DNA of 64,000 bases from Camelus dromedarius (taxonomy: Eukaryota): positions 103,232,001 to 103,296,000 of the forward strand of contig NC_087437.1 of NCBI RefSeq assembly GCF_036321535.1, written 5' to 3'. Each line of letters begins with the position of its first letter. The first letter of the stretch is position 1. Below, in pieces: positions 39,206 through 52,310 of the stretch. Under the pieces are notes generated by a model that was given only the letters and a program-made list of their open reading frames with translations, did no database searches and was not told the DNA's origin. The position numbers and the translations under genes are program-made.

Positions 39206-42049
39206 GACACCCTGAGCATTTGTCTTCCTTGGGGAATTGTATGTAAGTGTATGTCATTTAATTTAAAAAGCTAGAAAATTTGCATGGCAGTGAAGCAGAC
39301 AGGTGTATTGATGTGCTGTTTTAAGAAATTAGATGCCTTCCTTCCCCTGGCCATACAAGACAATGTCATAATTTGTTTATTCATTCATGCCTGTATTCAT
39401 TGGTGAATATATTCAAAAGCATTTATTGATAATAGATTTATTTATGTTTAGTGAATAACACTTATTCACAGTTAGTGAAAATAATCACTCTGCCAACCTA
39501 AAGTTAAGGAGCCTTCTTCTTGATGTGAATGCCCAGTAGGGAAGATAGATGGGCCAAAACGGAAGCTCATGCTTTCTACGCATGCAATGGGGATTGAGAA
39601 TAACTCCAATAACTAACTAGTTTAACCTTAAAGATGATTCAGTTAAGCTATTAAAATGTGCTTTTAAATCAAATTCCAAAATTCCTTCTACAAACTTTGT
39701 ATTTTCAACAAATACAAATATATATAAAGATTGCCTAATTTATATGCAAAAAATAGCCTCTGGGCTTATGTATCAGCTGAGCTTGAGAAATCCTTGAAAG
39801 GGAATCATATTAGCTTTTTTAATCAATAAGTTGATTGTATTATTTAATTACATTGGTGAAACAAAGCTATTTTATTCTTTTTATTCTTTTCAGTTTTGGT
39901 TAATTCCTAATTTATGTTTAAATACTTTATTTACCTTCTTACATGTAAGCAACCTTGATGTGGTCCTATTGGGTCCACTGCTCTATCATTTTAAAAGTTA
40001 TTATTCAGAGCATTTATTACCTAGAAGAAAGTCTATCTGCCTCTCCAACTAGAAAACAAGCCATGGGCTGTAATATGATAGATGCTCAAGAAATACTTAT
40101 TTAATAAATCATTGACTTGGCTGATTGTACATTTTGGTGGTAGTTTCTATTCTCTGAGTGAGCCTAACTATTCATACAATCAAATAATGAGTATGTTAAT
40201 CATGCTTCTTGTTTAATTTCTCCCCTTCCCACTATAATATATTTCACTTTTGTAAAGTTATTTGTATCAGTTCTTCTAGTTTTTAATTACTTTCTTTGCC
40301 CCAAAGTGAAAGTCTTATTTCTGAAAATGATGTATTATGCTTGAATATTCTCTACCAATGCATGCAAGTTTAATTAAAGTGGAGAACTCTTGATGCTTTA
40401 TTTTTTTCCCCAAAACAAATTTGTAAAACACAATGACATTTGGATCCACTGAAAAACAAATTTTGCACAGGAATTCTTGCTTCCAAGGATTCTACTGTCT
40501 TCTGTTTTATTTTAAGTTAGTTTATTGTTGAAACTCAGTTTGACTTTATACATTGATTTAATATTAAAGCAAAACAATCATAAATCTCCAGAGTATTTTA
40601 AATATATAATTTTGAATTTGTGATTATCATAATACCCATCATAATTCTAATAATATTGTACCTATTCCATGAAAACAAATTATTATAAACTGTATTATTT
40701 TTGTGATAATAAAATAAATGGTATGTATGCTTGTTTTATTTAAAAAATTTTTCCTGGTTTATAAACTATATATAATCTCTGAAATTTTGTGCATAAAAAC
40801 ATTTATTGACTGCTGTGGTTCAAAGTATCAGAACCATTCTTATTCATTCATCAAATTGATATTTTCTAATTATAACATTGCAACATGTGGTAGGCAGATC
40901 AATCAGGATTTTTTCTGAAAGTCATAATGTTAAATTACATCTTTGTTAATACAATGCAGTTAGATGTTTAGTTTGATCCTCAATTGTAGAAAACAAATAT
41001 GTGAAATACAAACTCATAGGCGGTAAATGAGATCATTTTGTCCTATCACATAGAAATTTTATTTGAATGACAATTGATATAATGATAAATAATTTGTGTA
41101 GGATGTAAATCATGAATCTAAGCTTTGTTGCCATCTTACATTTGACTGAAAATACCCAATGGAATATAATCTGGAAAGTTTTGAGTTTATATGGCAGATT
41201 TATATATATGTAAAGTAAACTAAGGCATACATACATGTTATTTCATTTTTATGAAGTTCCTTCATCTTATACGAAAGTAATAACAATCACTGATCCAATC
41301 TCCTTCCTTATGTCCATGTTCACTGCTGTAGCTTCCTTCCTGATCATCTTATCTCAGACTTGGGTATCATCCACCTTCTACATATCACCCATCAGCATCT
41401 CTAGTTACAGCTCTCTGATGCTATAACATTGCTTTTTTCTTCTTCTGATTTTACAGGGATTGTAAATTTCACTCCATTGTCAGATCACGTTTCCTCTTTG
41501 TATTCACATTAATGGTAATGTTAATCGCTCTTTCAGAAAGAAGTAAAAATTCCTAAGACTGTTAAGGAAGATCCTCCACAAGTTAGCCTGAAGTTACTAA
41601 TCTAATCTCCATTTTAAGATTCATTTTAGCCTTCTTACTATCCCTCTAATGCAAATACTAGCAGTACTGAGTTTGCATCATTTCTTGAGAAATCAACAAC
41701 TGTAGAGTATATAAGAAGTTGAATTTCTAGGAAGATATTGGGTGGGTTATCCAAGCTGTAAATAGTATAAATAAAAAGCAGTCACCCTGAATAAACTTGA
41801 GTCATCAGTTTAGTAAACAGGAGTAGTCAAGTTTTTCACACAGGACTGAAACAGGAGAGTTTGGTGGTGGCAGAGTTTCCATATCTGTACTGTCTCAATG
41901 GTGCTGGTGAGATGAAGAAATGAAACATTCTATAAAGTATATTAAACTCAGATTAATCCCTATCCTTAGTAATATCAAAGAATATTATATCCTTCTTCAG
42001 TTTGTAGACAAACTTCAAGACAGGTCAAAATCACTTGTTATTTATTATC

Positions 42050-42559
42050 TGTTGTAGGTTGTTCGCAAAAATGGCAACAATTACTTCCTTCCTTATATCC
42101 ATGATTCTTTGCAAAATGTTTTTGCAGCTCTTCCCATCAAGACAAAGAGTCCATTTTCCTACTCCTTCAGGTCTGAGCTGGACCTGAAATGCACTTTCAC
42201 TAACAGGGTGTCGTGGACATGATACAATGCCAGTTCCATGCCTACGTTTCGAGAGTCCTTTCACATTTCTGATTCTCACTTTTCCCCGCTGCGTGACTGC
42301 CATATAAACAAGCCGGGGCTAACACACCGCAGGATGAGTGACCACATGGACCAGACAGAATTGAGCCAGTTTAGCTTGTCAGCTGAGACCCAGGTATGTA
42401 TGTGATAGTGCAGTCAAGATCAGCATGTCCCACCACAGACACACGAGCAAAGCCGCTTGCTAGCTCTTTTGCAAACTTGAGAACTAAATAAATCCTTGTT
42501 GATTTAAGCCACTAAATTTTGGAGTGATTAGTTTCACAGCAATAGCTAACTAGCCCACA
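42050..42559 (+). mobile_element. MLT1F/G-like LTR
   Basis: gcagctcttcccatcaagacaaagagtccattttcc...ttaagccactaaattttggagtg...cagcaatagctaact. Confidence 0.8.
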
Positions 42560-42790
42560 TGCCCTAACTCCTTATCGCAGATTTATTCCCTCTGGTGTGC
42601 AAACAGCACATTGTACTTTTTCATTTGCCACTTATCACATTATTCTTTGACTTGATAATGTCTTTCTTCCTCTGTAGACTGTATTTCCCACAGGGACAGG
42701 GATTTCTTACTCATCTCTGTATCCATATAACTAGGTTAAATGCCTGACACATAAAAGATACGCAGTGAACGCTATTAACTGATGAATTCA
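42560..42790 (+). mobile_element. L2 3' end
   Basis: tagactgtatttcccacagggacaggg...tgcctgacacataaaagatacgcagt...tgatgaat. Confidence 0.75.
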
Positions 42791-43994
42791 AAGTGCTGAA
42801 CTTTGTAACATGTTGGCAAAATTTAAGATCCCTCTTGTTTCCTTAGCTCTTCCAGATAATGCAGCCATGACTTCCTTTATGCTTTCTCATAGCTGCAGAA
42901 GCTTAAGACATCCTGAGAGATTCAGTGACATTTGCTATTCAAACATTTTTGTTCCAATTAATAGTGGTGCTTCTCAAGGGGAGTGCAGCACACATGGCTG
43001 GTTTCAGAGCCATGTTCTCCCTGGAATACTGAAGTGGAAAATCAAAATATGCCATGATTTTAATGAAAAACAGTCCTGCTAACTCTCAGTGGAAGTGGAA
43101 AACTGGGAATTATATTGTGAAATAGAGCATGTAAAACAGAATGTGGTCATTGCTTTCAGCTACTATCTCGGAAATAAAGCAACAGCAAAATCAATGAATT
43201 GACCTATTTACCTCCTTAACAAACCTGTATTTGACAGCGTTACTCTTCAAAATCCAAATGTATGCATTCTTTCTTTAAGTTTCTTAGATGTTAGCAATTA
43301 AGCAACTGTGATGTGAGTAAACTGTATCTTACATTTGTTACCATCCCACAGGGGCTCGGCACTTAAATGCATCCACTCAGATCTATTATCATAATAGATT
43401 CGTAAAGGACTTTAAAGTGTGTAAAATGCCGTTCTGGTTTTAATGATCAACAATCCAGGAAGGTAGCTCCAGCAAGAATTACAATTCCATTCAGTATTAC
43501 AGGCAGCACCAGGAATCAATGTGTTGAATTTTACAAAGTAGTTGAGAATCAGAATGGGAACCAAATTTTTACTTCAAAATCATTATCCTTTTTGACCAAA
43601 ACAAATTTGTCTTTTCCTGCTTTTTCTTTAAAAAATATGAGTCTTTTTATTATCCCCTCCTTTCTTCTTCCTTTGACCACTGAATGCCAGTTTACTTATT
43701 TGATTCGAAGTTTAACTTTAGGGCATAAAAGAGAGTCATGGAAACTTCTAAACCTGATTTCCAAAGGAAGCAACTTTTTCACAGTAAGAAAATCATTACC
43801 CATGACTCTAAACAACTTTAAGGCAAAGGTAATGAAAAATGCACACCTCTTTGTTTTTCAAATGAGTCAGTTAAAGGGATCTGTAGCCTGAGGTGACTCT
43901 GGAAGTTTCAGGAACTCTATGCAATTTTACTCACTTATTGTCAGACACATGTGTTAGAGAAAAATCATTCTTCACCTTCATAGCATGACATCAC

Positions 43995-45360
43995 TCATTC
44001 GTCCATTTAATCAGTATTCACAGACAGAGTGACTGCTGTCTTCCAGGTGCCGTGCTAAGTCCTGGCTATATGGTAGTAAACAAAACCGACATGGTGCCTG
44101 GCACGTATTTTTAACAAATAATCAGACAAGTATGAATTTTGAAATGGCAATAAATAGAAAAGAACAACCAGGTGCTCTGTAAGGAAACAAAGAGGGTATG
44201 GATTTAGACAGAATCAAAGGAAGGATGAGCATGCCAGGGAAATAGAAAAGCAAAGTCTGAGAGATGGGTGGGGGCTTGCAGCCCTGAGGGGCTGCTGAAA
44301 GGAAGTGAGTGCATCTAAGAGATAAATGTGGGGAGGGGAGGGGAAGCCAGGGCACAGAGAGCCTGGAAGACCAAGGTGAGGAGCTCAGGTTTATCCTAAG
44401 AGAAAGGAAAAACACTCAGATTTTAACTTGAGGAGTAAAATGATCCAGTTTTTTTTTTTTAATTGAAATATAGTTGACGTACAATATTATGTTAGTTTCA
44501 GGTGTACTACATAGTGATTTGACATTTGCATGCACTGTGAAAAGATCACTACTACACGTCTAGTCTAGTAACCATCTGTCCTCATACAGATTCATACAAT
44601 GTTGTTGACCATATTCCTCATGCTGCAAATTACAGCCCTGTGGCTTATTTATTTTATAACTGGAGGTTTTTACCTCTATATCCCCTTCACCTATTTCAAC
44701 TCCACCCCCTCACACCCTCCCCTCTGGCAATTACCAGTTTCTTCTCTGTATTTATGAGTCTGTTATTATTTTGTTTTGCTGGTTTGTTTTGTATTTTAGA
44801 TTCCACATGTAAGTGAGATCGCATGGTATTTGTCTTTCTCTGCCTGACTTATTTTGACTTATTTTACTTGGCACAATAGCCTCAAGGTCCAACCACGTTA
44901 TCACAAATGGCAAACTTTCATTCTTTTTTGTGGTTCAGTAATATTCCACTTAATATTTATACCATATATATACACCACATATATACACCATACACACACA
45001 CACACACACAAACACCACATTTTCTTTATCCATTCATCTATCAGTGGACACTTAGTTTGCTTCCATATCTTGGCCATTGAAAATAATGCTGCACTGAACA
45101 TTGGTGTGCATATATCGTTTTGAATTAGTATTTTTGTTTATTTAGGGTAAATATCCAGAAGTGAAATTTTTGGATCATATGGTAGTTCTATTTTTAATTT
45201 TTTGAGGAACTTCTACATAGTTTTCCATAGTGACTGTGACATGATCCAATTTGTTTCTAAAAGATTATCATGGCTGCTATATGGAGCATATATCATGGCT
45301 GCTGTGTGATTGGGGAGAATGGGAATGAAGAAACAAGGTAAAAAAGTTATCATAATGGCA
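43995..45360 (-). mobile_element. L2 fragment split by an L1 insertion
   Basis: ccaggtgccgtgctaagtcctgg...taaacaaaaccgacatgg; resumes at 45241 (atgatccaatttgtttctaaaagattatcatggctgct). Confidence 0.7.
44452..45240 (-). mobile_element. 5'-truncated L1MA-type LINE with TSD
   Basis: Poly(T) then ttgaaatatagttgacgtacaatattatgttagtttcagg...; TSD atgatccagttt (44440-44451) / atgatccaattt (45241-45252). Confidence 0.9.
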
Positions 45361-45624
45361 GAAGCAATATTTATTTAGCTAAATAATTTGACATATGCAC
45401 TTATTATTATTGTTATTATTATACTCAGGTTGTAATTACCTGGGGATAGAATGATACAAGGTGGTTGATTGCATATGGGAGTTCAGAAAACATACATGTC
45501 AAGCACTGCAGACTTTTATGTTCACAGTGAAGCACATCTTTTATTTTGAATATTTCCACTGTTCTTAGGAAAATTGGCATAGGTTTTTCAGGGAGAATTC
45601 AACTCAGGACATGGTTGACTCAAA

Positions 45625-45940
45625 GACATTATGCTAAGTAAAATAAGCCAGTCACAAAATGACAACTGTTGTATAATTTCATTTATATGAGATTACCTAG
45701 ACTAGCCATGTTCATGGAGATGGAGAGTAGAATGGTGGTTGCCGGGGACTGGAGGGAAGTGGTAATGGGGAGTTAGTGTTTAAAGGGTAGAGTTTCAGTT
45801 GGGGAAGATAAAGTTCTGAAGATGGTTAGTGGTGATAATTGCACAACAATAACAATGTACTTAATGCCACCAAACTTTATACTCAAAAATGGTTAAAATG
45901 GTAAATTTTATGTTATATGTATTTGACTACAATAAAATAT
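45625..45940 (+). mobile_element. L1MB-type 3' end
   Basis: gacattatgctaagtaaaataagccagtcacaaa...gtagaatggtggttgcc...aaaatggtaaattttatgttatatgtattt. Confidence 0.85.
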
Positions 45941-46689
45941 TAGAAAAAAAATATTGAACTCAGCAACAGACAATCGAGCTTCTTACCCTTATGAATACTG
46001 GCACGGATGTTTAGGAATGTATTCCATATCAATTTAATGCATAACATATTGATGTGTGTGTGACCTAAAATATAGTGTAAGAAATTGTGCATCACTGCTG
46101 TGGCTGCATTTTGAATTTTATTCAGAAATGCTCTGAGAATGTTACACATGCTCTGTGTGCTAGGTTTTAGGCATTTTCTTGTCCTTGTGAAGATCTGATA
46201 TTCCACTTTTCCTCATTTTAAATAACTTTCACCTGACTTTCATTTCCATACCAATAAGTTCATTCTAGCAATAAAATTTTATTGTCCGTCTTTCCAAGTT
46301 TTTATTTTCACCTTTTTATGAATGCTATCAGGAGACAAGAAAGAGCTTTACCCTTATATACCAACTTGCCACTCAAATTTATTTCCTAAAGTTAATCAAA
46401 AAGTTTTGGAGGATTTATTTTCTCTTATGATTATCCAAATGTGTCAATTCGTTAACATATAGGTGTTCTAAAATTCAGCACCACAAAGACAGTGTTAAAG
46501 CCATTGCAATTACTGAACTGAATGAATCCTGAGCCTTTGAATGTAAAGGGGATTCTTCCCACCCATCCTCAGTCTGGTGCAATGTCTCATACATAATAGG
46601 TGCAAAAAAAACACCTGACTGCTCCAGTGGAAATGTGCCATCTGCCTATTCATCTTTTTATTACCTTTCTTATATTTGGTTAAACTCTT

Positions 46690-47165
46690 AGGTTATTCAA
46701 TTTAGAAGAGAAATAATTCAAAGTTCCAGCCTTCCTTACAGCCATGATGTGGGCGTGCAATGCAAGCTTCCCCAGTCAGATGCACCTGTATGAGATTTTG
46801 GTTTAAGTGAGCAACAGAAGAACATAAGAGATCGGTATCAAGCCATCCTTTTGCAGTGTAGGTGTTTGGGGGATAGCAGTATTCAAGGTTAAGTTCTCGA
46901 CCCCGAAGTAAGATCCACGTGGGGCTTTTGTGGTTGCAGAGGAGTCAAGTTCCTTGCATTAAGTGCTAGGTTGTAGCAGTAGGAACATCAACAGTATTTT
47001 CATAGAACTATTTTTTCAGAACATTTTCCTAGATGCAGAGTCTCAACCTTGTTTTTCTAGGTCTTGTAATGATTCTATATGTCATTTAATATACTTTTAA
47101 TTAATTGGGTTACTTCTTCAACCAGTGAGTTGATTCTATAGTTTACAACAAAGAACCTGATGGAT
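46690..47165 (+). mobile_element. Old ERVL-type LTR (LTR33/LTR16-like)
   Basis: ccagccttccttacagccatg...ccagtcagatgcacctg...gattctatagtttacaacaaagaacctga. Confidence 0.55.
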
Positions 47166-47179
47166 AGAATTGATAGAAA

Positions 47180-47500
47180 TGCTCATTCATTCAGCCAGCT
47201 TACCATTTATTGATGGCATTTGTAAATGGCATTTATCATTCATTCAGATACCTATTTATCATCTACTATATGGCAAGAACTGAACTGGCTGCAGCGTCAG
47301 CAAAGACTAATAACATAAATCTTTGCCTCAAGAATATTGAAACCTAGTCAAGGGCACTGATGAATCAATGGATAATCGCAGTACTAGTGGTGAATGGGAT
47401 TATAAATAAGTACTCAGAGACAGTGATATGCGAAAATACAAAAGGGGATGGTTTTGCTAGGCTTGAGAGATCAAAGAAGCCTTCTGAGAAGAAACAGTGT
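47180..47500 (-). mobile_element. L2 3' end
   Basis: tcattcattca...catctactatatggcaagaactg...tgcctcaagaatatt...cctagtc. Confidence 0.7.
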
Positions 47501-47814
47501 TTTCCAATCTGATTCACAGTTCACCGTGCATTAGAGTCACCTGCTGGTGCTTGAACATGCTAACTTGCTTGACCTACTCTATGACCACTGTATGAATATT
47601 TTTGGCTTTCTATTCAGCAGTTTGCTTATGGAACCATCATTTCAAGAATTTAAGTTGGGTAAGTAAAGGGAATGGATCTGGGAAGGCGCTTGTTCAAAAT
47701 CCCCAAAATAAGAGGGAACATTAAATGATTAGTCTCCAAGAACAAAGGACTCAAAGTTGCACAAAGCTACAAACATCTCTACATTGACGTATATAGACAT
47801 TGATGTAAATGCCA

Positions 47815-48000
47815 ACGTTTTGAGTCAAAGAAATCTGGATTTGAATCCTCTACTAATTGCATTGGCTCTGTCAGTTTTGCAAACTATAATTTCTCTACCT
47901 TGACAAAACAGAGAGAGATACCAAACAGATTAGAAAGTTGGTAAGAGTTAAATTTAATTAATTGTTTGAAAACACTAACTTTGAATAAAGGTTAGCATCA
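47815..48000 (+). mobile_element. MIR SINE
   Basis: ttgagtcaaagaaatctggatttgaatcctc...gtaagagttaaatt. Confidence 0.6.
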
Positions 48001-49573
48001 TTCTCTTTATGTCTTTTTGCCAAAAAAGAGTTGCCTCTTTTTTCTTGTTTGTTTGTTTGTTTGTTTTATGGTTATTAGTCTTTAATTGTTAAGGAAAAAG
48101 AAGTGTACTGCCAATTCATGCAGTGCATGGGAGAGCAGCTGTGTGGATGGAAGCTTAATAAATGGCTTTTAACAACAGTCATGATGGTGATTTATACCTT
48201 CTTAAGTCATGTTTAATATTATTAAATTCATATTACATGCTACCAAAGAAACAGAGCACTTGGAAAAACATATGGGAACATATTTGTTGATTATATAACT
48301 ATTGGCTCTGATCTAGCTTACAAAAAATAGCAAATCAGAGTAAGACATATTTGGCTAAATGTCAAAGAAAATATTTTAAAACATATTGGGAATTTGCGAG
48401 CAGATGTTTCCCAATGTTTAATACTGTTTTTGATGAAGCTTAGCGTTGGCATAATATTTCCATTCAGAGCTAAACTACGTTGTTCCTGGTGGGGGGGAAC
48501 TGTACCCACCTCTCTGATTATGACCCTTTCGTTACTTATTTGAATAAAAGACAGAGGACTAGAACAATTATGCTTGAAATCACTCTTTATTGAGGCTTTC
48601 CATTTTGGTTTTTCATGCTCCCCTTGTTTTCTTGATCTCCCATGAAATCAGATATTATTTTCTAATTTTGGCAGCACAGCCACAGCTGAGCTACAGCACG
48701 CTTTTCCTGTCACTGAGTTTGGCAAACAAGGTATTCACAATTTCAGCAGATGTCTCCCATCTGAGACCCCTTACTTCTTTCTAAGTAGGGGATGAACAAG
48801 CTACACGCCCAAGTCCATCACACCAGGAATAATGGGCGAATCACAAGGTCAGAGGCCCAGGATTCTAGCCGTTACTCTCTGAGATCTCATCTGCTCATCG
48901 ATCATGCTGGCCATGTGCTCCTTTAAAATTGTTTCCTTTTTTTTTACCTTGTAGATCACTGCCTAAAATTTGCATATCATTTTAGTCACTACTTAATACT
49001 AATTCCCTCTACTACTTCTCTTAACGTGACACTACGTTGCAAATATACTTGTTCACTCATATTTGTGAGGGCTCTTCTTGCTTTAAGACATGAATAGATA
49101 TGTCTTCTTATTTTCTGTGATTCTCATAGATTGACTCACTGCTTTTATTATCCACTGTCAGCAGACAAAAGGTGTATTTCTTGCCATGCTATGCAAAGCC
49201 TTCCATAATTTGCTGTTCATCAGCCTTTTATAGATATACCACATATTAAATCTCACATTCTAGCTGATGTGGATTCTTTCCAAGACATTTCTGTATTTTC
49301 CTAATTTTATGCCTTTGCTTACTCTGTTTCGCCTCCCTGTGATACCTACCTTTTGCCCATATTTTCCTCTTAAAGGTCCATCTTTGAGGCTGTTGTACAT
49401 GGAATCCTCTGTCAGTGGACATTTAGGAGAGTTCTAATATTTTGCTGTAACGAACAAACTGAAGTGGACAATCTTGTATATGTCTTCATGTGCCTGTGCG
49501 CAAGAGTTTAATTGGGAATATATCTATGTAAACATATGATATATATGTATATTTTTATATATACATAATATAT

Positions 49574-50194
49574 TGCTCTGCTACTGCCGGCCTGGCTTCC
49601 TGGAGGCCTTGGTGGAAGGTGTGATGCCCCCAGCGGGTCTGTCCTGTGCCAGCTGGCGGAGGTGCCCTTCCCCTCCCCCGCCACTCTCCCCTTGCGCTCA
49701 GGGGAGCCGCCAGGCACCGGTGGAAGCGCACCATCCACCGCCCACACATCTACCCTCGCCGCGTGGGCGCCACCTTCAGGGAGCTGCTGGCCAGTTCTGC
49801 TCTGGTGGGAGGCAGCAAGAACTGAGACAGTAACTCCTGCAGATCTCTCTCTTCTTTCAAAGGAAACCCATGTGAACTGTCCTGGGGACAGGAGCTGACG
49901 CTGGGCCTGATGAAGGGCTCTGGTTCCAGAGCTGACCATTCGCCAGGATCGAAAGGGGAACCCTGCACAAGCAAGAATCTTTTTCCCAGCTCCTTAGGTG
50001 TTAAGAGAAGAGGGCTGGATATCCTGACACCACGGCCCTGTGGGCCCTGCTCTGGAGACAATTTTAGAGAATGTGCCTCAGGTCAGTCCCCTTTGACCTG
50101 CACTGTCACTACTTGTTTGAGTTACTTAGTTTGTCACATTTTGAGGACAGTTGAATAATTTGAGTTTAAAAATGTTGGTACCACAAAAAAACAA
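49574..50194 (+). pseudogene. Putative processed retrocopy of an unidentified cellular transcript
   Basis: Abrupt GC/CpG-rich block, A-tail at 50185-50194, AATAAT at 50154-50159, candidate TSD atatacata(a)tatat at 49559-49573 / 50195-50208; interrupts an old antisense L1 fragment. Confidence 0.65.
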
Positions 50195-50359
50195 ATATAC
50201 ATATATATGCACATTTATATAAAATTATCATACATAAATCTGAATTTTACAAATTACACCAAATTTGGTCTTAAGCATTTGTTCCAGTGTATATTTCCAC
50301 CCAGTGGTAATGATAGTTATCATAGCTTAATACTTAATGTTTAGTATTGCTAGATTTTT

Positions 50360-50983
50360 TTCCACTTTCATTTTATTTTATTTTAAACACCTTTATTGTG
50401 GTATGATTTCTGTACAGTAAACTACACATATTTCAGATGTATAATTTGATGAATTTTAACAGATGTATGCACCAATGAAACCACCACCACAAACAAAGAT
50501 AGCTAACATCTCCATCACTCCCCAAGAGGTGCAAATTTTGAACTCCCAATGTGTTACTTCCTACCCCCTTTAACCCCTGGTAACCATAAGTTTGTTCTGT
50601 ATGTCTCTGAGTCTGTTTCTGTTTTGTAGATAAGTTCATTTGTGTCCTTTTTTTTTTTTTTTAGATTCCACATGTAACCAATATCATATGGTATTTTTCT
50701 TTCTCTTTCTGGCTTACTTCACTTAGAATGGCAACCCTCAGTCCCATTCATGTTGCTGCAAATAGCCTTATTTTATTATTTTTTATGGCTGATTAGAATT
50801 CCATTATCTATCTATCTATCTATCATCTATCTATCTACCTATAGATAGATAGGTAGATGATAGATAGAAATATCTATCTATACAGATACTTAGATAGTAG
50901 ATAGATAGATAGATAGAAATACACACACCACATTTTCTTTATCCAGCCATCTGTTGATGGACATTTGGGTTGTTTACATGTCC
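50360..50983 (-). mobile_element. Composite L1 3' ends (L1MB-like ~50360-50525 joined to a younger lineage-specific L1 ~50528-50983)
   Basis: gtataatttgatgaattttaacagatgtatgcacc...ccatcactcccc abuts tgcaaattttgaactccc...ggtaaccataagtttgttc...gatggacatttgggttgttt. Confidence 0.75.
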
Positions 50984-51139
50984 AGATTTTAATTATTGAT
51001 AAATTATTATAGATACCTTAATTTTGAAATTGTTTCACAAAATGTGATACCAAGGATTCATTGTGGTTTTATGGTTTTAACTGTCACTTCCCTGAATTCC
51101 AGTGACATTTCCTAAAATTCCTTGATCACAAGAATAGAT

Positions 51140-51520
51140 AAATTTTATTCATACAATGGAATAAAACAGTACAATTAAAACAGAGGAACTAGAGCTATGT
51201 TATCAGCATGGACATTTTTTAAAAATTAAAATGTTGGTAAAAAGGTATATATATTTATATATCCTCCTCACTATGTAGTAGGATAGCACTTCTATGAAAT
51301 CTACAAACAAGCAAAGCAAGCCTGTGCATGGTGTATGGATGCATTTATAAATAGCAAAAACAGTTACTTCTGGGAGCAGTGGTAGGGGGCTGCCATTGGG
51401 TAGGGGTACACAAGACTTCATTTGATTCTGGAATAGTTTATCTCACAGGTGGGCACATAGGCATTTTATATTTCTCTAAGGCTTTCCATCTCAGATATAC
51501 TTTTTATGATTGAAAAACTA
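51140..51520 (+). mobile_element. L1ME-like 3' end
   Basis: tattcatacaatggaata...aactagagctatg...cagttacttctgggag...gggtacacaagacttca. Confidence 0.6.
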
Positions 51521-51599
51521 TGGATTGCATATTGTGTGATTGCTGCTTTATTCTCTGATCTTTCTTGTTTTTTTCTAAGCCATAGAAGAAAGAGAGTGA

Positions 51600-52310
51600 G
51601 CTATGCCTAACTCCCTCTCACCCTCACCTCCCTGGTCTGAGCCACCACCGACTCCTGTCTGTATCACTGCACTTGTGTCTGGCAAATGGTCTCCCTGCTC
51701 TGACCCTTCCCTAATATTGTCTATTTTATTTTAAAAATTGCCATTCATTCTTCAAATATTTAAGTAAGATTGTGTCTTTTTTTTCTGTTCAAAAGCTTGC
51801 AATCAGTTTCCATTTTAATCAGAGTAACAGATACATTTCATATAAGAGCCATGAGACCCTCTGTTAATTCTCTGACTTCATCTCTTACTAATTTGCTGAT
51901 CAGAAATGCAGGAGAATACTCTAGGGCATTTGTTTTAGATACCCTGTCTGCTGGGAACACTATTTTCAAAGACATGTGCTTAGCTAACCCCCTCACCTCC
52001 TTCTTGTCTTTTCTCAGATCACATTTTCTCAAAGGAGTCTACCTAAACCACAATTTAATGCTGTAACTTGCTCTCCGACTGTCGGACCATGCTACTGTTT
52101 CCTCCTCATTCTGCTCCACTCTTCCCATTTTCAATAGCACTTGTCAGTTTTCACATGCCACATAATTTACTTATTTGTTAGATTTACTATTTATTGCATC
52201 TCTCTCCACTAGAACATAAGCTCCCTGAGGTAGAGAATCTTTATTTGGTTCAGCAGTGATTTCAAGAAGCTATAATATGCGGCACTATGGGATGAATGCA
52301 TAAATAAGTA
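51600..52310 (+). mobile_element. L2a-like LINE 3' portion
   Basis: gtctgagccaccacc...tggtctccctgctc...ccactagaacataagctccctgagg...tgaatgcataaat. Confidence 0.8.

Noticed and set aside
49508..49939. 143-aa minus-strand ORF, one of the longest in the window
   Set aside because: Long ORFs are expected in GC-rich sequence. It is antisense to the A-tail polarity, runs out into TA-rich flank and resembles no protein I know.
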